Below, one piece after another: positions 44,388-56,966 of a stretch of DNA of 64,000 bases. The stretch comes from an uncultured Methanosarcinaceae archaeon (GTDB lineage: Archaea > Halobacteriota > Methanosarcinia > Methanosarcinales > Methanosarcinaceae). A program made the position numbers and the translations under genes. Each line of letters begins with the position of its first letter. Position 1 is the first letter of the stretch. Location: contig CAVSHT010000011.1 of the NCBI GenBank assembly GCA_963727895.1, positions 128,001 to 192,000 of the forward strand, given 5' to 3'. The notes under the pieces were generated by a model. That model saw only the letters and a list, made by a program, of their open reading frames with translations, did not search any database and had not been told where the DNA came from.

Positions 44388-46822
44388 ATATCATGCTGGA
44401 CTTTAATTCAAAAACAAAACCGGTTTCAGGATCATAATAATGTTTTATTTGTTCAAAAGGAATATATCCTATATTGAGATCCTCTAGTTCTTCACAGGAA
44501 AAGTCTTTTTTAGGCACCGAGATGATGTATTCATTGAATTTTTTCCTGATGGACAGGAATTTCTCTTTTCGATCCAGTGGATTTTTAAGAGATTTCATTA
44601 CAATGTATTCTTTCCATATTTCAGCCGCTTCGTTATCATTTTCTACAAATACATCTATTTTTTCGTATCCTGTTTTGTCATCTATTAACCTGAAATCGGA
44701 TGTAAGAGTTTTAAATTTAAGCTCATTTATGTATGAGAGTAGCTCTTTGGACTCATCTTCACTTGAAGTATCTTTAACTTTCCTGAAATAGTTGTTATTT
44801 AAAAAGAGCAGGTCTTTTTCATAAATTTCAGAGGGGAGGTCTTTCAACACTTCTTTTGTTTTGTCAATTAGAAAACTCGAATATATATATCGATGAAACT
44901 CTTTCCTTTCATCTTTCAGAACCACAATGTTTACTTGTCCTCGAGAACTCTTGGAAGAATTCCTGTTACATCTCCCTGAAACCTGATTTATTGAATCAAT
45001 TGTGGCAAAATCCCTGTAAACAACATCTACGTCGATATCTACTCCGGCTTCTATAAGCTGAGTGCTAACAATAATTTTTCTTTTTTCCGACTTTTCTTTG
45101 ATTTCCTTAATTTTTGTAAGCCTTTCTTTTGGAATAATGTTAGTAGAAAGATAATAATAATCACTATTTTCAAGTTCTAAATTCTTTAAATGATTAAATA
45201 CCTCAAGCGAAGATTTAAGAGTGTTCAATACAAACAAAAAATCTTTTTCGGAATTATTTTTTACTTCAGATTCAATTATTTCCTTGAAATGATCCATATC
45301 CATCGGATTCAGGTTTATATTCAGCTTAACTCGATCAAATTCCCTGAAATACGTATCTTTATTTTTTACCAGCTCAACAATTTCTCCCTTTTCAGGATCA
45401 AAAATGAGAGGTTGAGTTGCTGTTACAAAAATGAAGTACGTATTAAAATATTCTGCAAAACCCGAAATGATCTGTTTTAACAGTAGCCAGTACTTATGAG
45501 GAATTGACTGGATCTCATCAAGTATTACAATCGAATTTGCAATTGTATGAAATTTTCTGAGTGAGCGATTTTTATTAGACACAATTGTGTGGAAAAACTG
45601 GACAAATGTAGTTACGATTATCTCAGAGTTCCACCCCTCAATTAAAAATAAACCTTTAAGCCCTTCAAATTCTTCATCGTCTTGCGTTCTATAAAATATA
45701 TCTGCAAGGTGATGATGTTTAAGTAGCACTTCCTCAGAAGGATTTGCGGTCTCAACTGTTTTAAAAACATCTTCAAAAACATCGTAGTTCTGGTCTATTA
45801 TACTCAAAAAAGGTAGAGAATAAATTATTTTTGCTTTGATTCTCTTTTCCTCTCTTAATCTTGCTTTCAATTTTAATGCAAACGAAAGTGATGTGAGAGT
45901 TTTTCCCGAACCTGTAGGGACACTTATTGAATATATTTTATTATTAAGATCAAGTTTCTCAATACTTTCTGTAACTTCCTCATAAATCTCGTTACGTACT
46001 TTATTCATTATACCTTCACTATTTTGGAAACCCTTTTCTACCTTATACTTATCCACAAGTTCAGGTGAAATTTCGATTTCACTGGAAACATCAATAGAAG
46101 ACGCATCTATCTTATCAGAGTTTATAAGAATTGAGTATAGAGTTAATGTAATTAAATAATAGCCTGTAAATTGCTCCTTCTTGAGCAATTTTATGAATTT
46201 CCTTCTATTTTTTAAAATTTCGTTAGCTATGGAACGGTATTCATTGCAGAAAGTGTCGATGTCAAAAGAAATATCATACCCATCTAGTAACTTTTCATAT
46301 ATTGTTTTTAATTCACTTGTATCTAATGACTTTATTTGAAGATCAATAATTTCAAGAGTATCTTCATCTATAATTCTCGTATTTCATCCTCAGCATCTTT
46401 CAGGTTTCCATGATGCCTTTTTACAATGAGATATCCTATGATAGGAGTATATTCCAGAATATTTTTATCGTTAAGCGAATCTACATACTTTTTTAATATG
46501 TAATAGGTAAAAATAGCTGATATCAAGGCCATGATGATATTCTTTTTTATTTTTTAAGCCCCTCTGTATGGAAGGATCTAGTCTCAAAAAGATATCTTTG
46601 AAAATACCTTGTGCCTTTCCCAAAATCGTGACAAACACCTATAAGAAATGTTATTTTTGAAAAAGTATTTTCATCAATTCCAAACTTTTCCAGTGATAAT
46701 CTTTTCTCCCTGCTTGTCGAGATAGATTTGTTTCCTACATTGGATAAATGTTTAAATAGTATTTTATCGGGATGGGAATAAAGATGGAAATCACATGAAG
46801 ACAATTCCTTCTCCATTCTCAA
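44380..46822 (-). CDS. cas3: Cas3 (HD nuclease + SF2 helicase), frameshifted in the HD part
   Basis: SHP...HL, CHDFGK, PTGSGKT, DEIQ, STQLIEAGVDID, GRCNR. Confidence 0.92.
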
Positions 46823-47493
46823 GCCTCCAGAGATTATTTACATTCGCAAGAATGCATTTTGCATTTTTTTCAAACAAAACTTTGCCGTATTCTGTAACTT
46901 CCCTATTAGGAAGCATTTCTATTGGAATAGTCTCTGAAAAATACTCTTTTCCTTCTTCAAAATTGATTTTTATTAGCTCTTTTTCGGGAATTACAGAATG
47001 AATTTCCCTTTCAGAGTCTGAAAGTTCACTGACAGCCTCCATTTCTCCTATAAATTCATAATTGGCAATGTGTTCACTCAGACCGAGGCACAGAGTATAC
47101 ACCGACTTGTGCTCTTTTAACATAGAGTAAAGTTTGTTATATACTTCTTCCGAAGAATGAGAAAAATAAATCCTGTATCTTACATCTTTTAATACCTCGA
47201 ATCTTATCTGAGTTCTGGTCTTTATTCTGCTCATCATGGGAGCAATTTTGGTGTCGATTAAATTTTCTGCAATTCTGGTCTTTTTGATAGGACAGACCTA
47301 TTTTTACTGCAATATTTGCATCTTCTTTAGATAAATACTGCAGATACTCATCTTTTCCAAACCCCTCTATAGCACCAATCATTCCAGCAATAGCTGTTCG
47401 AGGAGGAATAGAATATGTAAGGGGAGAAGTTGTAGTATAGTGTTTTCGGAAATGACCGAATTCTCCCCATACATCGAACACTAATACTTTCAT
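46791..47493 (-). CDS. cas5: Type I-B Cas5 (frameshifted)
   Basis: FDVWGEFGHFRK...PPRTAIAGMIGAI; YTLCLGLSE. Confidence 0.9.
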
Positions 47494-47502
47494 GTTCTTA
47501 GC

Positions 47503-48487
47503 TCACATTGATAATTTTTCAGTATTAATCCCGGCTTCATTAAGGCTCTTTTCGAAGTCAGTCTCTTCTCCGCCATATGTGAACATAAGAGACCCGTCCA
47601 GACAAATCTGGATATTTTCAATCTTGTCTTTGTTTTTAGCCAGTATCATCAACCAATCTCTGGACATCAATCCTCTACCTGTGAGATATCCCGAATCTCT
47701 TCATCAATCAAATCAGACTTTAAGACTGAAAAGGTTGTTCAGATCCCCAATGTGATAATTTCCCTCTTTGTAGTTTACTTTCAACAGGAGACGGGGAACC
47801 TGGCCGACTTTTGACCTGGAAATCAGGTTCTTAGTTCCATTCCACATTCCATCAAGAAGCAGATCTACATCTTCCTCTGAAAGTTTCGTATCCTTTGCCG
47901 CATTTTCATTAATAATTCCGTAAAAACTTATCAAAGAATAGGGTAAGAAATCCTCTTCACGGAACGTTTTCTGACTGGCTCCTTCCTTTGAAGCAAAAGC
48001 TCCTGTTCCACGGAAATGTTTCATGAAGACTTTATGCATTGATCTACCGATCTTAAACTGTACAGGACCAGTATGAGTTATTGAACCTGTTTCTTTTTCC
48101 CCTTTCTTGACTTTAAGTTCAAGTGGAACAGTTCCACCAAATAAACGAACGTCAATACAATCAGCCAGAAGATTTCTCATTTATGGCACTTTTACCAGTT
48201 TCGAATGAATCAAGAGTCTCTTCAGTTGTCAAAAAATCTCTTGCTCTCATTTTTGCATCTTGAATAGAACCATTTTCATCTGAGATTTCTCTAACAAAAA
48301 TCTCTTTACCTCTAAACTTGTAGAGATGATCACGTATTGTTCTCTTAAGCCTGACATCTGTTACAAGGTTTATTCCTGTCTCTTCGTCAATCCGTGGTTT
48401 GTTTTCATCAAGTGGATCTCCGTTTGGATTTCCATCTTTTATATCATACAAAAATACAATTTCAGATCTTCTGTTTACTTCAGTCAT
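47503..48487 (-). CDS. cas7: Type I-B Cas7/Csh2 (frameshifted)
   Basis: NPNGDP..ENKPRID, TDVRLKRTIRD, DVRLFG, TGPVQF, SRSKVGQ. Confidence 0.92.
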
Positions 48488-50350
48488 TTTTAATCTCCTT
48501 TTCAGATTTAGGTGACTTTAAAAGGTTTGACAAATTCATACCAAGAACAAAATAGAAACTGATTTCATCGTTTGACATTTTCCAATTATTGCCAGATTGA
48601 ATCATGTATTTTGAGATCAGAGTATTCAAGTTCTTTATAATAATTAGCATCATACTCTTCGAGTTTATTTATGGTTTCAGGGAAGATTCTTTTTACATAA
48701 CGCTCATCAAGATTCAGGCCTCGAAGTTTAGTTCTAAAAGGAGTACTTCCACGCTGAAATTTTTGAATATTTAGTAAATACTGAACAAGTGCGCCTTCTA
48801 AAAAAATAGCCTTCTTTGCATCGGTATTGAAGAAATGTTCAAATTCCGAAAAGATAACATTTGTTCGTTCCTCATAACCATTGTTTTCCTTTGGTTCCAT
48901 GTCACTTAATAAAGTTGATAAATTCGTAGAATTCACACATTTACCTCCTGTATAATTTCCAAGCAAACATAAATTGACTTAAAAAATCTAACATTTGGAA
49001 TCCCAAAAACAGAGAATATCTTGTTGAATTTTCATTTCTGAAATCTTTTCTAATACGCTGCATAATATACTTTAACAGAAAATTATAATCAATGGAAGTT
49101 CCTGTAAATATCCCGTTTGTGATTTCTAAAAAGTACTTGTTTAAATCAGGGTCATCTAGAGTATTTGGGAAGAACCATCTTAAATTACCTAATGTGAATT
49201 GAATGGATTTTACTTCGGTATCATTAGAAAAATAGTTACTGAATATTTTTCTTTTGTCAACGATTTCTTTGGATTTGAAAAGCTCTCTTAACCTTGAAGG
49301 AAGAATGTCCTCGATATACAAAAGAATTCGATATGCCGAATTGGATTTTTCATAAAATTGGAAATTAAAATTAAGATAATTATCCTCTTCACTTAGAATT
49401 TCAAGGATATCGTTTTCATTAGTTGTTAAAAATCTTTTATAGTCCTTATTAAATGTAAATTTTTTCTCATTAAATTTCTCAAAAGTATCGAAAAGGTCCT
49501 CGTTAGTACTATTATTAAATAGCTTAGGGATAATGAGGAAATTGAACCCATAAAAACCAAAGGACATGTATTTTTCGATATATTCTTTTCCCGCTGTAAT
49601 TTTCAAGGCACATTCAAGGCAAATAGGATTATTTCTCCATGCCTTACTTTGGTCAAATCCTCCGCTAACAAATCCTCTTTTATCTACTGTATAGAATTCA
49701 TAAGGCGTAACGAAACCATAAACTTCATTATGTTTTTTACAAACCGAGCATAATTTATCATCGGCTTTAGAGATAATATCATATTTATTGTAAAACTTGG
49801 AAGCCCCATTGTTCTTAAGGATCTTACGAAATACTTCAAAATCTCCGACATATCTGATGAAGTCATTTTCTTCAAAAACTAAGGTTAATATCGAGTTCTC
49901 CTTTGAATCGATGGAATTAACTTTAGGTTCCAGATCTAAGAGTATTTTCTCTTCATTCTCTTTTATACACTTTCCAAGAAGCTCCAAAAATTGGACTTCT
50001 CCACTATCTAATATAGGCTTTGCTTCTTTCAAAGGCTTTGAGAACCAGCCTATAATCTTGTTAGAGAATGTTTTTTTGATTTCTGTGACTCGTGCAGTAG
50101 GAGTAATGTCTGGTCCATTAGAAGATCCTCTCTTATAGAGATATTTTATAATTTTCTCCTTTGAGTACTCCTGATGCTCAATTTCTTTAAACTCAAAATA
50201 ATCTTTGCAAGAAACTAACTTAATGCAAAATACATGTTTATAAGTTTCATTGCTCGCAGGGTTTTCAACTAGAATTGACACAAAATCATTTAAATCCTTA
50301 TTATCTTTTTCGAGTGCATACTCACCAATTTCTTTCATTGCTTCAATCAC
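48480..50350 (-). CDS. cas8b: Type I-B Cas8b/Csh1 (frameshifted)
   Basis: CSVC...FYTVDK.GF...PICLEC; C-terminal FLEGALV..LL..Q and NKLEEY. Confidence 0.85.
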
Positions 50351-50775
50351 AGAAATTACACCCTCTTAAAATAGTGAAATAGGTCCTATGTTTAATTTAG
50401 CGCACTTGTGTATCTTTGAAATATAGTCCATTATATACAAGTCATAAAATTGGATAGTTAACATATTTTATATATATTCCTAAAATTAATTATAAAAATA
50501 AATAAATTAATCAAAAACTCAAGTAGATCTGTTATTGTGACATATTTAATAAAAATAAACAATTGAGTAACTATAAGTTCAAATTTGCTTTGATTTATAC
50601 AAGAGATTCATTTAATTATGTCGTTATCTACTTGACTAGGATTTTCCCTTCAAAAATTATACTGCTGTCAGAGGAAGAGGCACCTGAAAAAAGGTTCAGT
50701 CTGAGGAAATGATCGAAAAAACATTTTACGATTATATAAAGAGGTCCTCTCGTAGTAGATGAAGATAAATTCAGA

Positions 50776-50893
50776 TAGGACTTACGCGATTGAACTGAAA
50801 AATCAATAGCATTAAACCTATAACTGTCTAAAACGTATTTTTAACTATAACGTCTATTGTGCTTGATTTTAGATTTCAACTGTGTAAGTCCTA
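50776..50893. mobile_element. 118-bp MITE with 5-bp target duplication TCAGA
   Basis: Ends TAGGACTTACGC and GTGTAAGTCCTA; TCAGA at 50771 and 50894. Confidence 0.8.
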
Positions 50894-51305
50894 TCAGATT
50901 TGATACTTTCATAATTCTCATTGAGGAATGGCTTAGAAAAAAGTTAAGGGTTAGGTTAGTGGTGGAGTGTATGAGGTAGATGAATAGGAGGAAATATGGG
51001 ATGAGGAATTTTAGCGAAGTACTGAGCGTATATATGTCAGCAGAGCCATATAAGCAAAAATATCATTTTGATGTTTATGACCGACTTCCCCTAGTAAAGG
51101 ACGAAAACTTTCAAACACTTTCTTTTCGAAATTTAGCTGTTACTGATTACCATTATATTTTGGAAATATATTTTATTTATTGTCCTTTTGGCTTTCAAAG
51201 TGGGACAAACAAATTTATTTAGCCCAATGTCTCTAAAGATCGAAAGGTTTAAATATTTTGACGGCGTATATACTGTTAGTAATCGAAGATTCGGAGTTTT
51301 AAAAA

Positions 51306-51461
51306 ATGCTTAAAAAAGTTTTAAAATTAAATAGGGACGGCAGTATTGGTATTGGCGTTCCAGCAAAATTAGCAAGAGAACTTGCTCTAACTAGCGAAAG
51401 TTGCGTCAATATTGAAAAAGTCGGAAACAGTTTACATATTACTAAAATAAAAATTGATTAA
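51306..51461 (+). CDS. AbrB/MazE-type DNA-binding protein, 51 aa, not in the ORF track
   Basis: MLKKVLKLNRDGSIGIGVPAKLARELALTSESCVNIEKVGNSLHITKIKID. Confidence 0.75.
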   Translation: MLKKVLKLNRDGSIGIGVPAKLARELALTSESCVNIEKVGNSLHITKIKID

Positions 51462-51471
51462 GGCGATTAAA

Positions 51472-51780
51472 ATGACAACTACAAAAACGAAACTATTACA
51501 GACAGTTAGAAAACACTGTTTAAACTGCTGCGGCGGTTCATACCTCGATGTGGAAAACTGTGCAGCGGGTTCAAATGCTGAAACTTACTCGCAATGTGCA
51601 CTATGGCCGTTTCGATTAGGTAAAGATCCTGAGGAACCCTCAGTTGCTATGAGGGAAAAGGGACGAAAAATTTCCGAAAAACAAAAAGTTTTGAAGCAAG
51701 TACCCACAGGAAATAAAATCGCCAAAATTAGAGCAACAAGTCAGCGTCATGACATGGCTGAAAAAGTGTTTCTAGAGTAA
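51472..51780 (+). CDS. Cys-rich hypothetical mobile-element protein
   Basis: HCLNCCGG...C...CALWPFRLG. Confidence 0.65.
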   Translation: MTTTKTKLLQTVRKHCLNCCGGSYLDVENCAAGSNAETYSQCALWPFRLGKDPEEPSVAMREKGRKISEKQKVLKQVPTGNKIAKIRATSQRHDMAEKVFLE

Positions 51781-51818
51781 ACTCACAACTTATAACATAA
51801 TTTGACAGGGGATTAAAA

Positions 51819-52154
51819 GTGGAGTACCCAAAAAAGCTTATCTCACAGACGGAAGTTAAAAAAAGAGGGTGGACTGTTGAAATAATGAAGGAGCTTGGTT
51901 TAGAGTGCACAACTTTTGTCACAAACAGGCACAGACCAGACAGACCTGTAAAATTATTCTCAATTGAAGAAGTCACCAGCCTTGAAAAAACCGAGCAGTT
52001 CAAAAAAGCTTTTGAGCTGAACGAGGAAAAGAAAAAAGAGCGTCGTGCAAAGTCGGAAAAGAGCAAAGAGAAAAAGGCTGCACAATTGCAGAAACAGTGG
52101 GAAAAACTCAGGGTTAAACTTAGTACAGAAGGGCACATCCTTTTTCATGGATGA
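51819..52154 (+). CDS. Basic hypothetical protein
   Basis: RGWT motif and charged helix; in operon with AbrB. Confidence 0.55.
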   Translation: MEYPKKLISQTEVKKRGWTVEIMKELGLECTTFVTNRHRPDRPVKLFSIEEVTSLEKTEQFKKAFELNEEKKKERRAKSEKSKEKKAAQLQKQWEKLRVKLSTEGHILFHG

Positions 52155-52164
52155 GACAAAGTGT

Positions 52165-52305
52165 TGAAATTCAGCTGTCCTCCAAACTGTTATTTGATTA
52201 ACTCCTGCTTGCTTTGCAATTTTTTCACTTGTCTTTACCAAGTTATCATTTTGATAACTTGGAGAATTTGTTCTTTCCCACCCACCATGAGCTTTCTTTT
52301 CTGAT
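52165..52305 (-). pseudogene. Partial ParB-like HTH cassette D, out of frame at the 3' end of the full gene
   Basis: EKKAHGGWERTNSPSYQNDNLVKTSEKIAKQAGVNQITVWRTAEF; palindrome 52238-52262. Confidence 0.8.
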
Positions 52306-53592
52306 TTTTGCTTGTTCTGCAGCTGTTCTTGCTTTTTCTTCTGCTACTTTACGGGCATGTTCTATTAGCTCTAAACGCATTTCTTCTTCTTCTATGCGTT
52401 CTTTTTCAAGACGTGCTTTTTCAAGTTTTTCTTTTTCTTCTCGTTCTTTTTTTAGCCTTTCGCGTTCTGAGGCTAAGTTTTTTTCACGATTGAGCCTTGC
52501 TTCTTCTTCAAGCTGCTTTCTTTTTGCTTCCAGTTCTTCCATTCGCTTGGCAGTGTCTTCACGTTCAGTTTTTATTATTGCAGACTCAATGTCGTCTTTA
52601 TCTTGGATTACTTTTTCCATTGCCCTGATTTGAAATTCTTTGTCATGCTTTGCAAGGGCTGTTAAGTCTTCTTGATGATAGTTAATTTTTCTTGCAAGAA
52701 TTGTAGCTCTTGATATACCTGTGTTGGCTGTAATAGTGTCTATTGCTTCTGTTAATTCTTCTGCATAACGTACTTGTCGAGCGCTGATATTCATTTGATC
52801 TGCGAGTTTTTCATCTGTTTTAATCGAGTGGCAATTTTTGCCACTCGATAGTTTATACTCCAAACCTCCCCAAGCTTTCTTTTCTACTTTATACCTTCTT
52901 CCTATCAAATCATTTCTTGTGATACTGTTTATGTTTCTGCGCGCAAGTTGATTGTCAATAATCCATGCATATGCTTCATCTCTTGAAGCAAAGTTCTGCT
53001 CAATAGTTGTAAATTCAACGTTGTGCTTTTGGCATATATGATAACGGTTATGCCCGTCGATAAGGGTATTATTCCAAATGACTATCGGAAAGGCGGGGTT
53101 GAAGCCGTTTTCTACTATATTTTTCTCTAATCCCTCGTACTCTTCCTGAGTCAATGGAGGACGTAACGCTTCAAACTCAACATCTATTTTAAGCTCGGTT
53201 GATGCACTCCTAAACTGACGTGTGGAAAATCTCACTTGTTGTATATTCAATAGTTTTGTGGTGCTGTGTGTAAATAGCCTAAAAAGAATCATGTTGTTTG
53301 ATTCGTCAGGATAGGCTCTAATATCTTGCACTCTCTTGAATACATCAGATGAGACTCTAATTACCTTGTTCACAGGAGTGAACATAGGAATTTCAATCTC
53401 TTTTTCATCTATAAGTAGTATGAATTTTCCAGAACTTTTGATAATAGAGTCATTTGGTTTGTACTCGTCTAACATTGATGCAACAGTTGAGGATATTGAC
53501 ACAGCATCACTTTTGCAACTCATTAACATTTGTAGTACTTCATTTGAAACTCTAATTGTTTTGTCTTTATTCATATGATCCCTCGTATACAT
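52246..53592 (-). CDS. ParB-like protein: two RHH-like repeats, ParB N-terminal domain, HTH, coiled coil
   Basis: KTIRVS/KVIRVS repeats; PPLTQEEY..LE..I...G, LIDGHNRY; HTH LADQMNISARQVRYA; palindrome 52823-52849. Confidence 0.8.
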   Translation of the reverse strand: MYTRDHMNKDKTIRVSNEVLQMLMSCKSDAVSISSTVASMLDEYKPNDSIIKSSGKFILLIDEKEIEIPMFTPVNKVIRVSSDVFKRVQDIRAYPDESNNMILFRLFTHSTTKLLNIQQVRFSTRQFRSASTELKIDVEFEALRPPLTQEEYEGLEKNIVENGFNPAFPIVIWNNTLIDGHNRYHICQKHNVEFTTIEQNFASRDEAYAWIIDNQLARRNINSITRNDLIGRRYKVEKKAWGGLEYKLSSGKNCHSIKTDEKLADQMNISARQVRYAEELTEAIDTITANTGISRATILARKINYHQEDLTALAKHDKEFQIRAMEKVIQDKDDIESAIIKTEREDTAKRMEELEAKRKQLEEEARLNREKNLASERERLKKEREEKEKLEKARLEKERIEEEEMRLELIEHARKVAEEKARTAAEQAKIRKESSWWVGKNKFSKLSK

Positions 53593-53690
53593 ATGTATAC
53601 AACACTAAGGATATAAATTTTTGTATACACATGTATACACCTAGAATGATTAAAAATGTGTACACATATGTATACATATAAATGTATAGG
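53580..53690. promoter_or_regulatory. GTATAC/GTACAC-rich operator-like region upstream of the ParB-like gene
   Basis: About six GTATAC/GTACAC hexamers around TATA-like motifs. Confidence 0.5.
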
Positions 53691-53769
53691 CTCAAAAATG
53701 CGGTAAAAATTTCGCCATTTTGGCGGAGTTTTTGTCTATGTTTTGCCCACGTGGCCCACATTCTGACTT

Positions 53770-54035
53770 TTTGATCAGCTATTATATCTGCATTCTCAGA
53801 GGATCCCTCATTTTGAGGGATCCTATTTAGACTGTTTGCAGCAAATTGATTTGTCCCCCAAACATTCTTTGTTTCATTATACCACCTGCCAAGCAAATCA
53901 TTTCTTATGATATTGTTTATATTTCTCCTGCCAAGTTGGTTTTCTATGATCCACATCTTAGCTGCAGATCTTGAAGCAAAGTCCTGCTCGTAATCTTCCT
54001 GAGTCAGTGGCGGAATTAACTCTTCAAACTCTTGA
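53770..54035 (-). pseudogene. Partial ParB-like cassette C (internal deletion, cut in the HTH)
   Basis: EFEELIPPLTQEDY joined directly to QDFASRSAAKMWIIENQLGRRN; palindrome 53800-53824. Confidence 0.8.
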
Positions 54036-54235
54036 ATTTCTTTTTTTCGTTCTATTTCGTTTTGGCATATAACCTTCTAGAGAAACGAAAGATTTTTGGA
54101 GGAGCCTTTTAGTTAAATATATAGGGACTTGCGCGCGGGCGCTTTCTTCGTTTTGACCTTTTTAGTGGCAACTGATACGTGCTGTATTTTTATAATATTT
54201 CGTTTCAGGCATTTTTTGTTTCGTTTTATTTCGTT

Positions 54236-54412
54236 AGTCTAGACCGACCAGTCTATATAATGTCCAGTTTAGTGTACTAGACTGACTGGTCTAGATAGAC
54301 TGATCTACATAATACGTGACTAGCATACTAGACCAATTGATACAGGTAGACTTGTCTACATAACGCTTAGTTTAGTGTACTAGACCAACTGGTCTAGACC
54401 GATTGGTCTAGG
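54236..54412. repeat. Cluster of palindromic TAGAC-N6-GTCTA repeats
   Basis: Units at ~54240, 54278, 54292, 54329, 54380, 54394; AGTTTAGTGTACTAGAC duplicated. Confidence 0.85.
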
Positions 54413-54559
54413 TGTTTGAAGTATATATTTAAAAATTAAAGTATATACTATGATAGTTTATATAATTTTATGGATAAAAAGACATATCGTTATATAGTTT
54501 GAAGAACATATATAGATATGTAAAGCATTTATGCAATGAAAAACGAAAAGCAGGACGTT

Positions 54560-54900
54560 AAAAACGGTATCGGTTTCTGCTCCGATACGCCCATACAAAA
54601 GGAGGCATTGGGCGATGCCTCCAACTCCCTTTATGCTAAATGCACGTTTACTCTTTGGCGTGCTCCAAAAATCACCTTGCAGGGTCTTTAAACATTCTCC
54701 CTGCAAAAAGCGAACAGTCAATCCATTCCCTTTTGTTGCCTCGGGCTGTTCGCAATATAATTATTATCAAGAACGGCAAGCCAAGATCCAACTACACAGC
54801 CTGTTTAGTCAGGCCACACGTCACCACTTCGGTGAGCCACTGTTGCAATGTTACCCACATATTTTTTGCGGCTGCCGTTCCTTAAAAACGGTTTCTCTTT
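54560..54900 (+). ncRNA. Putative structured RNA or ssDNA element (six consecutive stem-loops)
   Basis: Hairpins read by eye; G-T extensions favour the + strand; TATA-like motif at ~54490, T-rich tail at ~54890. Confidence 0.45.
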
Positions 54901-55611
54901 TCTGTAAATAGTCCATTTTTAAAAACTAGATTATTTTAATATGGAGTTCCAATACTTAACAAGGCTTACTATATAATTGCTTTCTTTATTTCTTTTAAAT
55001 ATGTTAGTTTAAAAGAAGTCAGGTTTGATTATCTTCTATCATATAGGGGTCTCCCTTATGAAATATTCTAGAGTGAAAACGTGGTCAGTGCAAATTCTTA
55101 TTATGCAATTACCCAATAAGTGCTAGCAAAATTACTAACCGATGAATACTGTAAACTCCGATATCGGCTGTTTATATTATGGAATTTTAATCATACGTCT
55201 GATAAAGTATCCATTTTTAGAAGCAGACATTCACCTGCTCGAAAGAGAAACGGCTCTTTCTCATGTCAATCAGTTTATTCAGTAAATACTGTACTCAATT
55301 TAAGCTTTGTTATGATATTAATAGAAAAATCATTTTTTTAGTTTTTTACTGTATGAATTTGTATTAGTTATTTGCACTATTTTTATTATTTACTTTTTAT
55401 ATAGTACATAAATCCAAGAATTTAAGATTAGAACTTGAAGAAAAAGATTATCGTAAAAAAAGTCAAAATACGCTGTATATACACTTATACACATGGAAAA
55501 CAAGCAGTAAGGTATTAAATTGAAACTCTAATTTCAATTTTTTTTCATTAGCCAATTAATTCTCAAATTTTCTGAAATATATACCTATAGCTTACATAAC
55601 AATTAGAGAGT

Positions 55612-56347
55612 TTGGAAGTTAACTATAGTTATTTATTATGAGAACCTCTATTTCTTCATTAACTGCCCCAGATGCAATAGTTCCAGTCACAAAAAGAATG
55701 GTATAGTTGGTGGGCGTCAACGGTACAAATGCTCTGATTGTGGATATAACTATACAGTAGAGCTAAAATCAACTGCTTTTTCCGCTTTTGTAAAAAGACA
55801 GGCTTTACAACTCTATCTTGAAGGATTGGGCTTTCGCTCAATAGGAAGAGTTTTAGGGGTGAGTCATGTTTCTGTCCAAAGATGGATAAAGAAATTTGGT
55901 CAAGAGTGAGAGAACCTAAAAAGTGAAAGTGAGATATCTATTGTTGAAATGGATGAAATGCACACTTACATCGGTAACAAAAAAAATATTGCTGGATCTG
56001 GATTGCTGTTGATAGAGTTGGGAAAAAGTTCATCAACTGCTCTTTTGGTAGCAGAGGAACAGAAACTGGAAAACTACTCTGAAAAAAATTGAAGAAAAAA
56101 GAGATTGGAGAAGTGATGACCGATCACTGGAGGGCATATGCAGAGTTTCTTTCTGAAACGATTAATACTCAATCAAAAGCAGAAACGTATACTGTTGAAG
56201 GATATAACAGCATATTGAGGCACTTTTTGGCAAGATTGAGAAGAAAGACAAAGTGTTATATAAAAAGTCTTGAAATGCTAAAGTACTCGGTTATTCTATT
56301 AATGAAATACAGAAATAAAGAGCTAAATATATTTAGTTAACAATTAT
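55612..56347 (+). mobile_element. Degenerate IS1-family copy
   Basis: Near-identical to 458-1197, but start codon mutated (ATT), in-frame stops and decayed ends. Confidence 0.9.
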
Positions 56348-56966
56348 TAAGCATCATATATTTCTAAATTAGATACACTTTCTTATATTCTCTATATCTT
56401 ATGATAACAATTGGTTATATAATAATTTAATAAGATAATAATGTACAAATATAAATACAGTTGGAATATTATATGAAAAAGACGCATCAGTAAATGGACA
56501 TTATCTCTTGAGTAAAACGTCAGAATAAATAGAATAAAGATCTTTTTAAGACAAATTATTGTTCTCGTCCTGAAGAAACAAAGAATGTAATAAGGACGTA
56601 TAACCAGCATTATGAGTGGGTACAGTAGATAAAGAGCAAAAGAGTTTTAATTTAAAATAAAACTCAATTATAAACAATTTTATAGTATAAATGATATTAT
56701 TCAACTGCTCCAATTGCAGATGACGACCTATTTTTACTTGGCTTTGTCCTTGAGATCTTCATGTAGCAAGTTTTTATTTAATGATATATTTAAATAAGAA
56801 TCAAACTCTTTAAGACTTATGAAATTACCTCGATGTAGAGGCAACCTCTGTTACTCATAAGGTAGTAAGTTTCATTCACATATAATGTTAGAAGTTTCTA
56901 ATCGCTTGACATGATAAACTTCTCAAAAACAATTTCACCAACGGCCTTAAATAATAGTGATTTTTC

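Noticed and set aside
54236..54412. Mini-CRISPR array
   Set aside because: Units are short and overlapping, with no regular unique spacers.
54458..54911. Short ORFs over the hairpin region
   Set aside because: No recognisable motifs, mutually overlapping; structure explains the composition better.
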